NCBI RefSeq assembly: GCF_000181795.1
Contig: NW_003526941.1
Coordinates: 5,247,053 to 5,311,052, forward strand
Origin: Trichinella spiralis
Taxonomy: Eukaryota
Reading direction: 5' to 3'
DNA length: 64,000 nucleotides
The position numbers were made by a program, and so were the translations under genes. The notes beneath the pieces are model-generated. The model was not told the DNA's origin. It did no database searches and worked only from the letters and a program-made list of their open reading frames with translations. Numbering within the stretch: position 1 is the stretch's first letter; each line of letters starts with the position of its first letter. Below, in pieces: positions 29,907 through 44,156 of the stretch.

Positions 29907-31787
29907 CAGCCATCATTCTAGTTTTATTTTAATAAAATTTGCCCTTTTGCTTATTCTTATTCGTTATTTTAACTTACTATTTCAGCAGAGTGTATTATTT
30001 AAAATAAAAGTTTTATGTTGAATTTTCCAGGGAAACAAATGTATCACACCTGAAGCAATATCGTCGCAGTAAGCCTAACATTGATATTCGTGTCGCGCAT
30101 AACATCAAAACGGAAAATTTTTCGCTTCACATTCACATTTCATTTCCCTATTCAGCAAGGTTAGAAAAGACGGTCTGTTGTTTTGTTCATTTGCCCTTGT
30201 TGAAAATTTCTACTTTGTTTATCATTGATTGCATACATAATATTTCATTTTTGTATCTCTATTCGTGAACATCTTGATTTAATATAGACGAATTTCATTG
30301 AACGTGCAAAAAAAAACAACAAGGGCATGTTTTATTCTTTGCATGTAAAGCTGAATCTGCGAACTTGGGTAAGTCAACATTTCAATTATAATGAGAAATT
30401 ATTCATTTAAGATCGGTATTTCTTTACGTAACTACACTAAACTTTGCTAAATTAGAACTTTCTACATTAAAACGCTTTCACAGATCTACGCAGTAATTGG
30501 TTTTATTCGATCAGAAATATATTGGTCGAGTCAAGGTCAAATTGTATTTTATCATTTTTGAGCACTATTCGAAAATATTATCTGCACTATTCACTAATAT
30601 AAACGTATTATAGAAAGTGAAAAGATATTATAAACCAGGTATCCAATTTTATATTGTATTGGAAAATATTATTATATTACGTTTTTGCATAAGTTTATCG
30701 ATTTTTAATACCAAAGTGAAATTATCCATTGTCATTTTCAATACTGCACGTTGTACTGTTTTAAATGGATGTCTTCGTAACTGTAAAAGCATTACCTGAA
30801 AATTTACTCGTTTACTTACAATACCATATCCTATCATAAGTGAAACTCATTTTTCATAAAAACGATCATCAAGTCGTTTTCAAGAATTCATTCACACATC
30901 TTCGAGCAGATAAAAAGAAATACTCACAATTTGGAAAGATTTTCAAGTAGTTCGGTGTTTTCACAAGTAAGTTTAATGGATGAAGAAAGATTTTATTTGT
31001 AAAATTTTTAAGATCTATAATTCTACTGTTAATTTCTTTTGTTGAAAATACATAGTGCATGGTTGAAATAATTTTTTTTTGTTCGAAGTGAAGGTGCTGT
31101 AAAAATTTGTTACTTAGCTAACATGGCAACGTCAGCACAGTAGTTCTTGAACTGGTCGAACGTACTTTTTCTTTCAACTTTTAAATTTAATTTAAAATAG
31201 TTTTAAAAATTAATAAGTTTTTTTTCAAATAATCTTTATAAAGTAAGAAAAAATTGTGGATGTACTTGAATTTTATTATTGTTTTATCTTATAAGACTAA
31301 TTAAATTTTAAATAGATTTCACTTATAATCTTTAATTTTAATACTGTTTCTGCACATAGATATTTTAAATGCTAATTTTACAACTCTATTGTAGTTAGAT
31401 GATTTCTCATTTTTTATAATAAAAAAAAGTATTTCTTGCAGAAATAAATTTGTTAATTAATTTAAAATTATATAGTAACTAAATTCAAATTTTTAAATCT
31501 TTCGGAAATGCACTTTGTACATCCTACATTGAATAAATAAATAGGATACAGTATGGCACAATCAGGTTCAGCGCGGTGTTACTTCCCGCTTTGTGGGTGG
31601 AGCGCAGTAGTTTGGATGCAGTTGCCGCGATTGTGGCGACTTCTGTCGATGTAAATTGCTTTTGCGCGTTGGACGGTCTGTTATATTGGCGAGCTTATTG
31701 GACGACACACGTCTGAACGCGTGCCTGTTCAGTTGTGAACTTAACGTGCTTTTCTCTTTTATTTTAAGCTTCAACATTAGTAGCAAC

Positions 31788-33499
31788 ATGTCCGCCGCTC
31801 CTGGCAGTCCTGCTCGCAAGACCCGAAAATTGGATGTGGATGACGACGGCGACGACGTGAACTATCCCAACATTACGCAAAAGGCGCTCGAAGAGATTGA
31901 CAATTGTCAAAATGAAATTGATGCATTGAATGAGAAAGCTAGCGAAGAGATTCTGAAAGTTGAGCAAAAGTACAACAAGTTGAGAAAGCCGCATTTTGAA
32001 CGTCGGGATGAATTAATTAAGAAAGTTCCCCATTTTTGGGTTTCTGCCGTAAGTGAATTTTCTCCTTTTCAACGTGTAATCAGCGCATGGCACACAATTT
32101 TTCAGCCATCTCCGTGGCAAAATTTTATTTTCAACACAACCTTGCTGAAGCTTTTTATTATTCAGTTATTGTTCAAACAAAATGTTTGCATTTCTCAGTT
32201 ACATTTGGCATATTTGATTAGAACTTAGATTTCGTCTAACTCAACTTCATTAGTGGGTGTTTGTCTTGATTGGGCTGTTAAATTTGAAGAAAGCAGTACA
32301 CTTTCAACGTACGCATTGTGGTTTTTACTTACATTTTGAAAGTTCATATCACATCTTTGCCTGAATATGCTTGCATTTTACTTTTTCGATTGTTCTTGAT
32401 TTGTTTTTTTTTCACTTATTTGGTTGAAAGGTCACACGGGCGTTCTGATTCTTCTGTTTTCTGGCTGCCAATAGGTCAATGGGTAGCGTCACTTGCCGAT
32501 GGTTTTGAATAAAGGTCGGTCGGCTTGGTGAATTTGCAGATTTTCGTATTTAGTGAAAGCATTTGAGAGATTTTTACTATGTTGGTATTGTTGATGTAAT
32601 GTTTACAATGTCACAATTATGACAATATTTCTACTCATGTTTTCTAGCTGAATATGTTTAGCAAATCACATTGTATTTGAAATGCTAATTTTACTTTAAT
32701 TTCTGTTTTAGTTTGTCAACCATCCGCAAATTGCGCCTATACTTGACGAAGACGAAGAAGAATGTCTTCATCATTTGACTAAGCTGGAAGTTGAAGAATG
32801 TGAAGACATAAAGTCTGGCTATCGACTGAAGTTTTACTTTGAAGAAAATCCATTTTTCGAAAATGATGTTTTAATCAAAGAATTTCAGCTGGGACGTATT
32901 GGTAAATTAGAAAACTTTATTATTATTATTGTCGTCGTTGTTGTGGATTTTGATTGTACATTTTGATCGTTTGAATGTTAGACCCAGTTTCGACATCTAC
33001 TGAAATAAAATGGAAGGAAAATATGAATTTGACGAAAATCGCGCATCCCATGCAGAAGGGAAAAAAACGAAGCTTGGACAATGAACCACGAACATTTTTT
33101 GGTTGGTTCTTGGATAATGCTGATGCATCGTCGGACGAGATTGCGGAGGTATATTTGACAGTTTTATAAACAATGAATGGTTTAAAACGTATATAGATAT
33201 AATTATAGATAATCAAAGATGACATTTGGCCGAATCCTCTGCAGTATTATCTCATACCAGAATCTGATATGAATGACAACGCTGAAGGGGATAGGTAAAT
33301 AAAGTCGGAATTTTGCATATTTTGCAAATCAATTTACCGTTAGTGTTTTAATAACAGAGGTGCTTTCTTTTTTAGTTATAGCGATGGAGAAGAAACGGAT
33401 GATCAAGTAGTGCTGGTGGACAACAACAGTGAAGAAGAGGGAGAAGGCGACAATTATGATGAAGATGAAGAGGAAGAAGAAGAAGAGGACGATGGCTAA
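31788..33499 (+). CDS. SET: SET / TAF-I (NAP-family histone chaperone, PP2A inhibitor I2)
   Basis: Exons 31788-32048, 32712-32901, 32982-33148, 33209-33294 and 33376 (or 33382)-33499. [44 protein letters not shown] and an acidic C-terminal tail. Confidence 0.95.
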
Positions 33500-35439
33500 T
33501 ATATATTGCCTACAATTATTTTAAAAAACATTGTCGGTAGTTTATATATCTATCTCACGGAACCATATATTTGCGTGGACAGTGCTTGTCTGTATGAATT
33601 TGTGGCTAAGACACTGTTATGGTCATTACTAAATAAATTAGAGGTTACGTATTGTACTTGGTAATTAGATATTAAAACATTTGGAAAGGGAGTATAGTTT
33701 GTTTGCTCTTTTTGCACACATCACATTCTTCAAGCGCCATCCATGCAGGCGATGCCTTAGGCAATGTTGAAGTTCATTTATGTGCTAGGATGTGATTGTG
33801 CTTTAAACAGGGCTTTGCGAAATGCATTTCTGAAACAAATTCATTTGAAGTAGTGTAATTTTCCTTCAAAGAAGAATTCTTTCGTTATTATTGAAATGTT
33901 TTCCTTGGCAGTACAGTATGCTGAAAAAAGGTATAAATTTTTTTAGAAACATGTTTAATGATGTTTCCGATCACTTTTTAAACAGCAAATTAACAGCAAT
34001 AATTTTTTTCATTTACATTAAAATATTTTGTCATTTTCTTCAAAAATAATAAAAGATTTCATTGTACACTGCTGAGATAATATAAACTAATAATCTTCAT
34101 TCAACGTTTGAATTACTGAAAACTTTCAAATGTATTGAATTTTATTAAACGTTGCATAACTTTGGAATTTATCATCTCAAATGAACATCATAAAGACTGT
34201 TATCTTTCCATTGTTTTGACATCCGAATCTAATTATTATAATTATGCACTACTTCGTTAGATTAATGAATGATTTTATTTTATTTCTTTTACATTTTCAA
34301 GTGCAGATATTAACAATAATGTAAAACACTACATAAAATAATGTAAAATACATCCTATTGATTACTCAAATTTTCTAACTTCAACATGACAAAAGTTTGT
34401 TAAAATCAATGAAAGAAATTTATTCTTTCATCGTCTGTTTTTTAAATAGAATTTCTTAAAAATTTCATTCCTATATTATTGGTTTATGAATTACAGTAAA
34501 ATGACTTTCACGTGTTATATTACAGTGTATTTTAACTTTAATCTAGTGTATTTATAAAGATTATATGTATTATTATCAAATAACATAATAAATAATCTAA
34601 ACATATTTAAAATATTTTTTATAATATAACTGAATATTGAATACTGCTTAAAAATATTTTTCCTCTTTTACTGACCAATATGTAAAGAAATCGAATAAAT
34701 TTGAAATGTGCAGTATTATGTAATAAAAAATTGCAATTCAGTTAGGAATATGTGCTCGTCAACGTTCAGTTTTTAAAACTGTTTACGTAAATTTTTATCG
34801 GTTGTTTGCAGATTATTACTAACATTATGTACCGTAACTATCATTTTCTGTACTTAATTAATGAATATATATATGTAAGTGTTGAGAAATTGACAACTGT
34901 TACGGGTTATATGAATTTGTGTATGTGCGTGTGTGTGAAAAAACAGCTAAAAACAATGAAAAAATTCCACTGTCAAATTCCAGGTCAAATGTTACGTTGT
35001 TATGTAATTAAAAATTTGGACCAATGTAATAAAAAAGTATTGTAGCTAATCAAAGCAGAAAAAGTTCAATTAAAGAAAAGTTTAGGCGAGACAACCAATG
35101 CTATTACGCCATAACGATGCAATCCAATGAAAACTGGACCTTTTGCCAACCAATTCAAAATCATCCCTGAAAATTTTACCGAGAGAAACTAAACCGTTAA
35201 ATAAGATTAATAAAATGTTTTAACACGTTTATCTGCATATAAAAGTGTTTTTAAATTCAATATGTATCAGTTATGGAACCGAAGCAAAATAGATGCTCTT
35301 CTCAATTACAGATAAAACATATCTAGATTTTGATCTGCGTTTGAAATAACAGAGTGGGTTGACCAAAACAATTAAGATTACAAGTCGGTGTGATGTACGT
35401 GCGCTTCCAGTGTTCATAATAGGTGGACAACAGAAAAAA

Positions 35440-37268
35440 TTACTAATGCACTAAAATAATTTTTCAACGCTCCGTTATGCAAATAGTGAACATCTCAGAA
35501 AAGCCATCCGTAACGGTGCGCATGTATGTTCGATTTAGTAGCAAGTAGTGGCGTCGTCAAACGTTCGCTGTTATGGCGTTTAATAACTAATCAAGTCCAT
35601 TTTAATCACTAAAAATTATTACATTTTTCTACTTGTGTTACCTTATGTTAAAATTTTATACATTCTAATCTTAAACGTTATTTTTAATTAAGGATTAGGT
35701 AATTTTTATATTTCAAAATTCAATTCAACGTTCATTGTACGATAAGGTGGTCAGTTATTGTATAATGTTTTGTATTTTTCTAGATATGAAGAGTGAAATG
35801 AAAAAAGTGCAAACAAATTGAAGAGAACGCAATCGAAACAAAGCATAACAAAAGAGACTAATTCAGCAGGTATATACGGTTCCCCCGTGCATCCCAATAT
35901 TGTAAGTTTCGAATAGTGATGCTTCAGTAGGATGAAGTTATGCTTTAGTTTATTTTTAATTTATTTAAGTTTCTGATAAGATGCAAATCAGCTATATTAC
36001 GGTAAAATTTTACTTTTCGTTATTTGTATTACAGTAAAGATTTATTTACAGAAAAATGTTTTTGTCGCACTTTTTAACCAGTGGTTTGTAATAAAAGATC
36101 GGTTTTGTTTGTTTATTAGGCATAGCATAATCGATTGAAAATGAAAATGACACATTAGCTAGGCAAGCTTTTATTTGAAAAGCTTTCACTTGAAAGCATC
36201 TTTTTTCCTCATAATATTTAACTTCATTTTTACTTCATGGTTTTTCTTTTCAAAACATTTTTGTTTTGACTAACTCAATGTTTTTGTTTTGGTATTTCTT
36301 TGTCAGATAGTTTATATTTTGACTGGATTTTAAATGTTAAGGTCATTTTTGAATTTTCCAATCGTTCTCATTGGTTGAATTTGGCAGTGCATCTCTATTT
36401 TTTTTCAAATCATTTCAAATAATTTTCACTCACTGTACAGAAGTTGCTACAGTTGCAATGCGCTGTGTATGAATTTTCGTCGTTCGTATTATACTAGTGT
36501 CACCTTAGAATTCATCATTGAGAACTGAATGGTATTTGGTTTTTCTACTTATATTACATTTTTTCGAAGCTGAGAATAATCATTTTCATAAAGACACTTT
36601 TACTTGCTCTGTTATAATATTCTATTTTCCAGTTGTTAAGTTTACAGTGTGATAATGAGAATATTTTCGATTTAACCATTATAATTTTTACAGATATGAA
36701 TATCGAAGTGAAGAAAACCGTAAATGCAGAGGAGACGAAGCTGAACGCGGACAACACGAAGCAGAACAATAGACGAGAACAGTATGTGCGGTTTCTTGTT
36801 GGTTTAGATTCTGTAAGACTGGGTTAGGGATAATTCGAAAGGGCGAAGTTATTCCTATGCTAAATTAAGCGACTTAAGCTTGTTATATGTAAGATGTAAG
36901 TAAGATATTTTTCACTGCGAAATTCCATTTTTTGATTTTTTGATTTTACGTTGAGACTAGGTAAGAATTCATCTATGGAAAGTATTTCTACCACCCTTAA
37001 CCAATTTTAATACTGTGAGCTTTCTGTCTGTTCATTAAGCACATAAAGAACCATCGAAAATCATCTTTTCTTTACTTAAACAAGCTTTCACTTGCAAGCG
37101 ATTTACTGGAAAGCGTCTTTTTATATAAGAAATCAACTTTCATTTATGTAGGCCATTTTGAATTTTCAAACCTGAAATTCAAACAAGCGAAGGCGTGTTT
37201 TGACTAAATTAATTTTTTTTGTTATGGCGTTTTCTACCCATATAGTTTATAATTTTTGACTGAATTTG
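35440..37268 (+). repeat. Family A, diverged right-hand copies (two exon-like units plus pieces of the 665-bp unit)
   Basis: 35465-35590, 36170-36400 and 37075-37268 resemble parts of the 665-bp unit (e.g. gaattttcaaacct.aaattcaaacaagcgaaggc). AG|ATATGAA units begin at 35784 and 36694. Confidence 0.8.
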
Positions 37269-37278
37269 NNNNNNNNNN

Positions 37279-37775
37279 GTAAGTTGTGCAGTAAGGTAAG
37301 TAAGGTGCAAGTGAGTAAATTGAAAAGGTAAGTTGTGCAGGTTGTGCATAATGAAGAGTGATATCGTAGAGTTAAGTGGATTGAAGTTTGATAGCGTAGA
37401 GGTAAAGGTAAGTATGAGCCCTACGCCGGGTGGGAATTGGGTAATTGTAGGAGATAATTGCAGAAGTAAAGCCGGGTGCTGAATTATGCAAATTTTTCGA
37501 AAAAAATACCTGAGGGAATGCCCTGGGCATAGCCTGAAAGCAAATAAAAATTTGCATATCCCCCTGAAGGCAAATATTGTGCAAAAAAATGCTTTCGGCG
37601 TAGCCTGCGGGAATATGCAAATTTTTATTTGCCCTGGGGCATAGCCTGAGGCGACGCCTGCGGCTAAATTTCAAAAAATTTCGAAATTTTCAAAAAATTG
37701 CCTGAGGCATAGCCCCAGGCGTAGCCTGAGGGCAAAAAAAATTTGCATATTACCCTGAGGCAATTAAAAATTTGC
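37279..37775 (+). repeat. Family B end: GGTAAGT satellite followed by the GCC-palindrome/octamer cassette
   Basis: Reverse-complement counterpart of 3790-4450; a small contig between two gaps. Confidence 0.88.
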
Positions 37776-38313
37776 NNNNNNNNNNNNNNNNNNNNNNNNN
37801 NNNNNNNNNNNNNNNNNNNNNNNNNNNNNNNNNNNNNNNNNNNNNNNNNNNNNNNNNNNNNNNNNNNNNNNNNNNNNNNNNNNNNNNNNNNNNNNNNNNN
37901 NNNNNNNNNNNNNNNNNNNNNNNNNNNNNNNNNNNNNNNNNNNNNNNNNNNNNNNNNNNNNNNNNNNNNNNNNNNNNNNNNNNNNNNNNNNNNNNNNNNN
38001 NNNNNNNNNNNNNNNNNNNNNNNNNNNNNNNNNNNNNNNNNNNNNNNNNNNNNNNNNNNNNNNNNNNNNNNNNNNNNNNNNNNNNNNNNNNNNNNNNNNN
38101 NNNNNNNNNNNNNNNNNNNNNNNNNNNNNNNNNNNNNNNNNNNNNNNNNNNNNNNNNNNNNNNNNNNNNNNNNNNNNNNNNNNNNNNNNNNNNNNNNNNN
38201 NNNNNNNNNNNNNNNNNNNNNNNNNNNNNNNNNNNNNNNNNNNNNNNNNNNNNNNNNNNNNNNNNNNNNNNNNNNNNNNNNNNNNNNNNNNNNNNNNNNN
38301 NNNNNNNNNNNNN

Positions 38314-40937
38314 AATGAACTTTGCCTGAACACTGCAAAGTATTATCATCGTTGTAGTACAGCCTCATTTACGTAAGACACTATTTTATACTTCTTTAAT
38401 TTACGACATAATATTATTTGTGATAGATAGTGGCTTTGATCTGTAACGTATTCAGGATTTTGTTGTTGTTCAGCAATTATTATAATCTCTGGTGTTGGCT
38501 CATTACATTGTTATACGTTTTCAAAGCAAACATGCATTTCTAGGTCAGCAGAATAACTTTATGCTAATGTGATGGTAAACACTGCCGTTGGCATTCTACT
38601 ACGTGCACTTTGTGCTATTCAAATTTGGTAGCAATGTTCCTTATATAAATTTCTGTTTATTGAGAGAACTGCATTATAGTATAAATGTTCGCTGCTGAAG
38701 GGCGGTCTATTTACTTACTGCATTGCGTTATTTGGTCATTTCGATCCTTCACTGCAACAATTACGTTGTGATTGTTCGACTAAAAATAAGAAACCACGAA
38801 CATCAGTTACAAAATGTATGACTCTATGTTTGCTTTATACGTCATCCCTCACAGGTCTGCTGACAGGTATGAATTTTCATATATTTGCAATTTTTCATAC
38901 AATGCTTTCCTTCTTTCTCTTGCCACACTGCACTAAACATGCGCGCTTTTTAAGCTTTTCGTAGTTGTTTGATAATAGTCTTTTTGAATAGAAACTAGCG
39001 CGTTGTTCTTCACTAATGATGTTCAGTTAACATTCAAGACTTTATTACGGACAAGCCAATATTTAATAGTACTAATAGTATATTTTGCTATAATTCTCAA
39101 TAGTCCTTACAAATCCATTTGTAAAGTAGTTCTCTGACATAGCTGTTGAACCCCTCCCGCATTATCATTACTGCCCACTGTAATGTTTATTGCTAAGGTA
39201 ACATTCTTGCCCAATTGTTTAACGGAAATGTCTGTCACCGGGATACTGCAGTCGAACAATCGCACCCCTAAATGCTTGTCACTGCTCAAATCGTGCACAT
39301 GCTTGTTTCAGCATGACACAGGAAAGCTGCTGTTTCCTTGAGAACACACTTTTATACTACCACCTTTGATACTTTCAGAATGGCAGTAACGTTCCCTTTA
39401 TTTTTGAACTGACTCCTTAAAGTTTCTATTATGTTATTGTATTGCCAATAGCACTGACTTATACAGATGCACCTATTTTCTGTCATTGAGAAAATAACTC
39501 AATCCCCATAAATGTTGTCAGTATTGATAAATGAAGCAATGCCTGAATATTATACGTGAAGATTGAGTGGAAGAACGCATATGACAACTTCCACCTCCAT
39601 CCTTCAACCTCTCCCTCATTCCTTCCTGCTATGCTGTCCCGCCCTCCTTTCCTTTCCTGTCTAATGATCCCCATCATTGAGCTCGTAATAATACTAAGCT
39701 GAACAGAGATCGCATTAAACTGAAAATTCTGCCCACCCCCCCCCTATTTCGAGTTGAATGGACAGCACTTAGTTGTTTTCATCTCATATAAATCTAATTT
39801 CTCATAATTGCTGTCGACTAGCAATATAACCAAATCCAGGCTACTCGTGATTCTTTTGTTTTATTCTTTTCATGAAATGCAATACAGAATTGTCACCCGC
39901 ATAAGTTTCTTGAATTCATTGCAAATCGATCAGTTACTGAATTTCTGCGATTAGGGTTTTTGTCACATTGTATGATGTGCGCTGATGCAGTGCTCAACCT
40001 AGTTTGCAGTCTTGCTATAAATTATCATAAGGCGCAAACGAACGTGGAGGTGAGCTGTCAAGTGGCGTACCCCCTGGAGCAGCCGCTTACCATCATTATG
40101 TCTACGCTGCGCACTTGTTAACTTCTGTGCTGAGGTAAATTACATATTACAAAATTTCATGACAACTGTTTAATTTTCCATAAATCTGAAAAAGTATTTT
40201 ATTTTCGCAACTATTTTCAGTGGGAGCTATTTAAAATTATATAATTTTGATTAGAAGAAAAGCATTGATGAAATACACATTATTGAATCACATTGTACTT
40301 TCAAGCAACTAAATTACACAACATGCATAAATACGCAGTGATAGCATTTCCGTTTATTTTTAGCAATTTGCGCTGCTTCATGTTAATAAGTTTCCGTTTT
40401 AGGTAATTTTAGGGAAAAAATTTGCATAACAATGCAATATTACGTAGTAATAGTAAGTGTGTAAATAAAAACGTAATAAATTTCATCGCCTCGTTTCATA
40501 ATGTTGCTCATAATGTTCATTTTACTGCGCTATTACTGATGGAAAATTAGGTTGTTCTTCGTGAAGCAAAGTAAATAGTGATTTGCATAATTTTCTTATA
40601 CAATTGACCAAGCACATCGATTTTATTAGGTTATGCAGTTCACTGCAATGCTATCAATCTAGCACGTGGTCAACTATAATTCCGCTCTTCAACACCATCC
40701 ATGAATAAATGGTAAGTTAGATTTGATATTTTGGTGGTGGTATGCTATGCATGTTACTTTACATATATGGTGAATGGAAACTGGTGGGTGTCTTTCTAGT
40801 GTTATTATTGCTAAGTTTTAGATACATCAGATGCTGAAGAAGAAGAAGTATCTATTTCTGTTTTTTTATAGATGACTGCATTAATATAATTCACTTTTAG
40901 AATTTACATTATTTTATATTCATATCAATGAATATGA
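38314..40937 (+). repeat. Family B body, right copy
   Basis: Near-identical reverse complement of 6470-9097. Confidence 0.95.
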
Positions 40938-41359
40938 AACAAACAAATTCTGAAAACTAGCTGAATATGGTAACTATGCATCATGATGAATATGCCTTGC
41001 TTATCACTTGAATGTTTCTGTTAAATTTAGGTTGAAGGTTGCAGTGCTATTAGCGCCACATTGCTTTCATTCTAACTGCAGCATAATATTAAATTATTAT
41101 GTATATGATATCATAGATTAGGTGCTCTTGATTCAATTCTTTTAAGAATTGAAAATTACATTTTCCTTGCTACATTTTGAAAATGCCCAGATGCAATTTA
41201 TTATCAGTAAAGACAGGTAAAAGCTGAACAGTGGTTGTTGGAGTTGCTGATCTAGCGTTCAAAAAACGTATGACAAAAAACAATAAGTGTTGAATTTGTT
41301 TAATTAGATAACAAGACCATAGGCGTATTAGATATAGGTAGAATTAGGTAACATCTGTA

Positions 41360-42670
41360 ATTACAGATTACGTCATCAGCTGAGTTTTTATGGTGTTCCT
41401 TTTGCTCTGGGCAACGTGATAAGTCACGTTCACATCATTTCATTCTCATTTTGCCATCACAAGCATCCGTAAGTATTGAATTTGCTCCTGATTGCAGTTG
41501 GATCGTACAGTGTGTTTGTGCAGTGACGTTTCCCAGTTGTTATAGTGTGGTTTCACTTATCATAAAAGTAAGAAGGAATGGATTGTAATTGTAGCAGATT
41601 TCGCTAAGTCAGTCGAGCAGCGTTCTTACAAATCCTGACAACGTATTGGTGCTTGTTGCTGTCAGTGCGTTTCCAGTGTGATATGACAAAAAATAGTGAG
41701 TAGTTTTTGTTTATAATAGCTGTGGATTACGTCATCCCGTGAAGCTTGTACCGTTTGCAACCCATATTCGCATGGACATAAAGGCGTTTCCTAGCCGTCC
41801 CAGTGTGCCTTTGCTTACCACAAATAGTATCGTTCATCAGTAAGTATTGAATTTGATTAATTAGATAGCTGGAAGATGCGAGTGTTACATGGATTGAATT
41901 AGATAACATTTATAATGACAGATAACATCATTAGCTGAACTGTTTTCAACTTCCTTTCGTTCTGGACACCGTGCTCAGTCATGTTCACATCAGTTTGTTC
42001 TAGATGTGGCATCACAAACATCCGTAAGTATTTAACTTGCTCCTGATTGCAGTTGGATACGGTAAAGCGTGCACATTTTATCCATGACAGCATTACATTA
42101 ACATCAAGCGAATTCGATGTTTCTTCTGATGGCCCTCTGAGTTGAAGTTGACGCAGTGACGTTCATCATTGGTACTAGTGTGGTTTCATTTATCATAAGA
42201 GTAAGAAAGAAATAAATGATTGTAATTCTAGCAGATTACGTTGAGACAGTCGAGTAGCGCTGGTGCACGTATACATGTTTCGTGAGTGCGTTTCCAATGT
42301 GATATGACAAAAATTAGTAAGTAGTTTTTGTTTATAATAGCTGTGGATTATGTCGTCTCATGAAGCCCGTACTGATGCCAACCAGTGTTCACCTGGCGTT
42401 TCAATTCCGTTTTCTAGCCGTCCCAGTGTGCCTTTACTTATCACAAATAGTAAGAAGGAATTTGATATTATAACAGCAATGAAATATGTTAAATAAATAG
42501 AACAGGTCGCTGTACATCCCAGCATTTTGTTCTTGATAGCAATGGATTACGTCATCAAATTTTTGTTTAGTCGCAGCCGATGGCGCTCTCAAATTGCGTT
42601 TCCTACGGTTTTGATGTTTTTCCTTGTCACGCAAGGTAAGGAAGAATTGCATTATTTTTTTGTAGGAGAA
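41360..42670 (+). repeat. Degenerate repeat array with units separated by 24-31 nt GT…AG segments; higher-order duplication of about 0.6 kb
   Basis: 41367-41830 resembles 41922-42450. Recurring junction …atca(c/t)aaa|gt(a/g)ag…ag|(c/t)…gattacgt. Confidence 0.8.
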
Positions 42671-42879
42671 TTGTATTTAATGTTTTAGTGCGTAACGGTG
42701 AAGACGAGAGCCGCATCTTGAATGATCTCCATCGAATAACGTATTTATGCTTGCTATTTATTATGCCTTTCGTAATATGGCTGTAATATAGTATATAACT
42801 ATATTCCACTATGCATTTTAGAATCATGTTATATTTATATAAAATTCTTCATTAAGAGCAGTAGAGATCGTAAAGTACT

Positions 42880-43153
42880 GGTACGTAGCATTAAAGTAAG
42901 TGGATAAAGTAATGCAGGTAAGTAGAGTCGAAGCGGATATAAAGTGCGTACAGGTAAATGAATTGCAGGTAAGTACTGAAGGTAAGTACGATAACGTATG
43001 GTGCAGGTGAGTAAAATGAAAAGGTAAGTTGTGCAGTAAGGTAAGGTGCAGGTGAGTAAAATGAAAAGGCCACCGTTGTGCAGTAAGGTAAGTAAGGTGC
43101 AGGTGAGTAAACCTCGTTTAAGGGTAAGTTGTGCAGTAAGGTAAGTAAGGTGC
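42880..43153 (+). repeat. Purine-rich AGGTAAGT/AGGTGAGT satellite
   Basis: Repeated gcaggtaagt, gcaggtgagtaaa and taaggtaagt; runs into a gap. Confidence 0.9.
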
Positions 43154-43329
43154 NNNNNNNNNNNNNNNNNNNNNNNNNNNNNNNNNNNNNNNNNNNNNNN
43201 NNNNNNNNNNNNNNNNNNNNNNNNNNNNNNNNNNNNNNNNNNNNNNNNNNNNNNNNNNNNNNNNNNNNNNNNNNNNNNNNNNNNNNNNNNNNNNNNNNNN
43301 NNNNNNNNNNNNNNNNNNNNNNNNNNNNN

Positions 43330-44097
43330 AGGAAAACATGTAATCAAGTTCTGCATGACAATACACTTTCACCCAGTAAATTCTGTTAATTTGAAGTTTT
43401 ACAGAATATGATAGAAAATATTTAGTCTTCAGCTTTTTCATAATATTTCAGTGAAAGAAATTGCATCGTAAGGAAATTTTAGGTTATATTATGTATTTAA
43501 ATAAAAAGCAAATGACGTTCGTCATTAATAAAATTGTTTCACCATATGCACGCTGCTACGCTATTAGTGATATAAAATTAGCCTGTTCTTACCAGAGGCA
43601 AAGTAGTTTTCTATTTGCATAATTTACTTACTATCAAACACCACTTCAGAGCATTTTTATTATGTTCAGTTATTCAGTGCTGTGCGACGGCTAGAGGCAC
43701 GTGTTCAACTATAATTCTACACTTCATTACCATCTTTGAATTATGCTTGATGTTACGTTGCCTTTACTTTTCTATGAATGCTATTTGGTTGACGTTTAAT
43801 TATGGTGAAAGAACACTAATCAACATCTGTATTAGTATTATTATTATTCCCTTTCAGATGCTTTATACAAACGTGTACCAATATTCGTTTTCATGTTGAG
43901 ATGACCAAAATAATATTATTCACTTTCAGGATTGTCATGATTTGGAAACAAATGCAACAAAAGAGTGGCATGTGCAAAATATAATTCCACTTTTGAAAGT
44001 CATGTATTTTAAAAAGGTAAGTGATGTTTGAGAATGTATGCTGATACTTTTGTGATATATGCTATTCGCATAACTTGACAAGCATAATAAATGTGAA

Positions 44098-44156
<59 letters not shown>

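Noticed and set aside
40010..40134. YVYAAHLL, loosely resembling an Argonaute C-terminal motif
   Set aside because: The similarity is very weak, the frame is broken, and no other PIWI motifs were seen.
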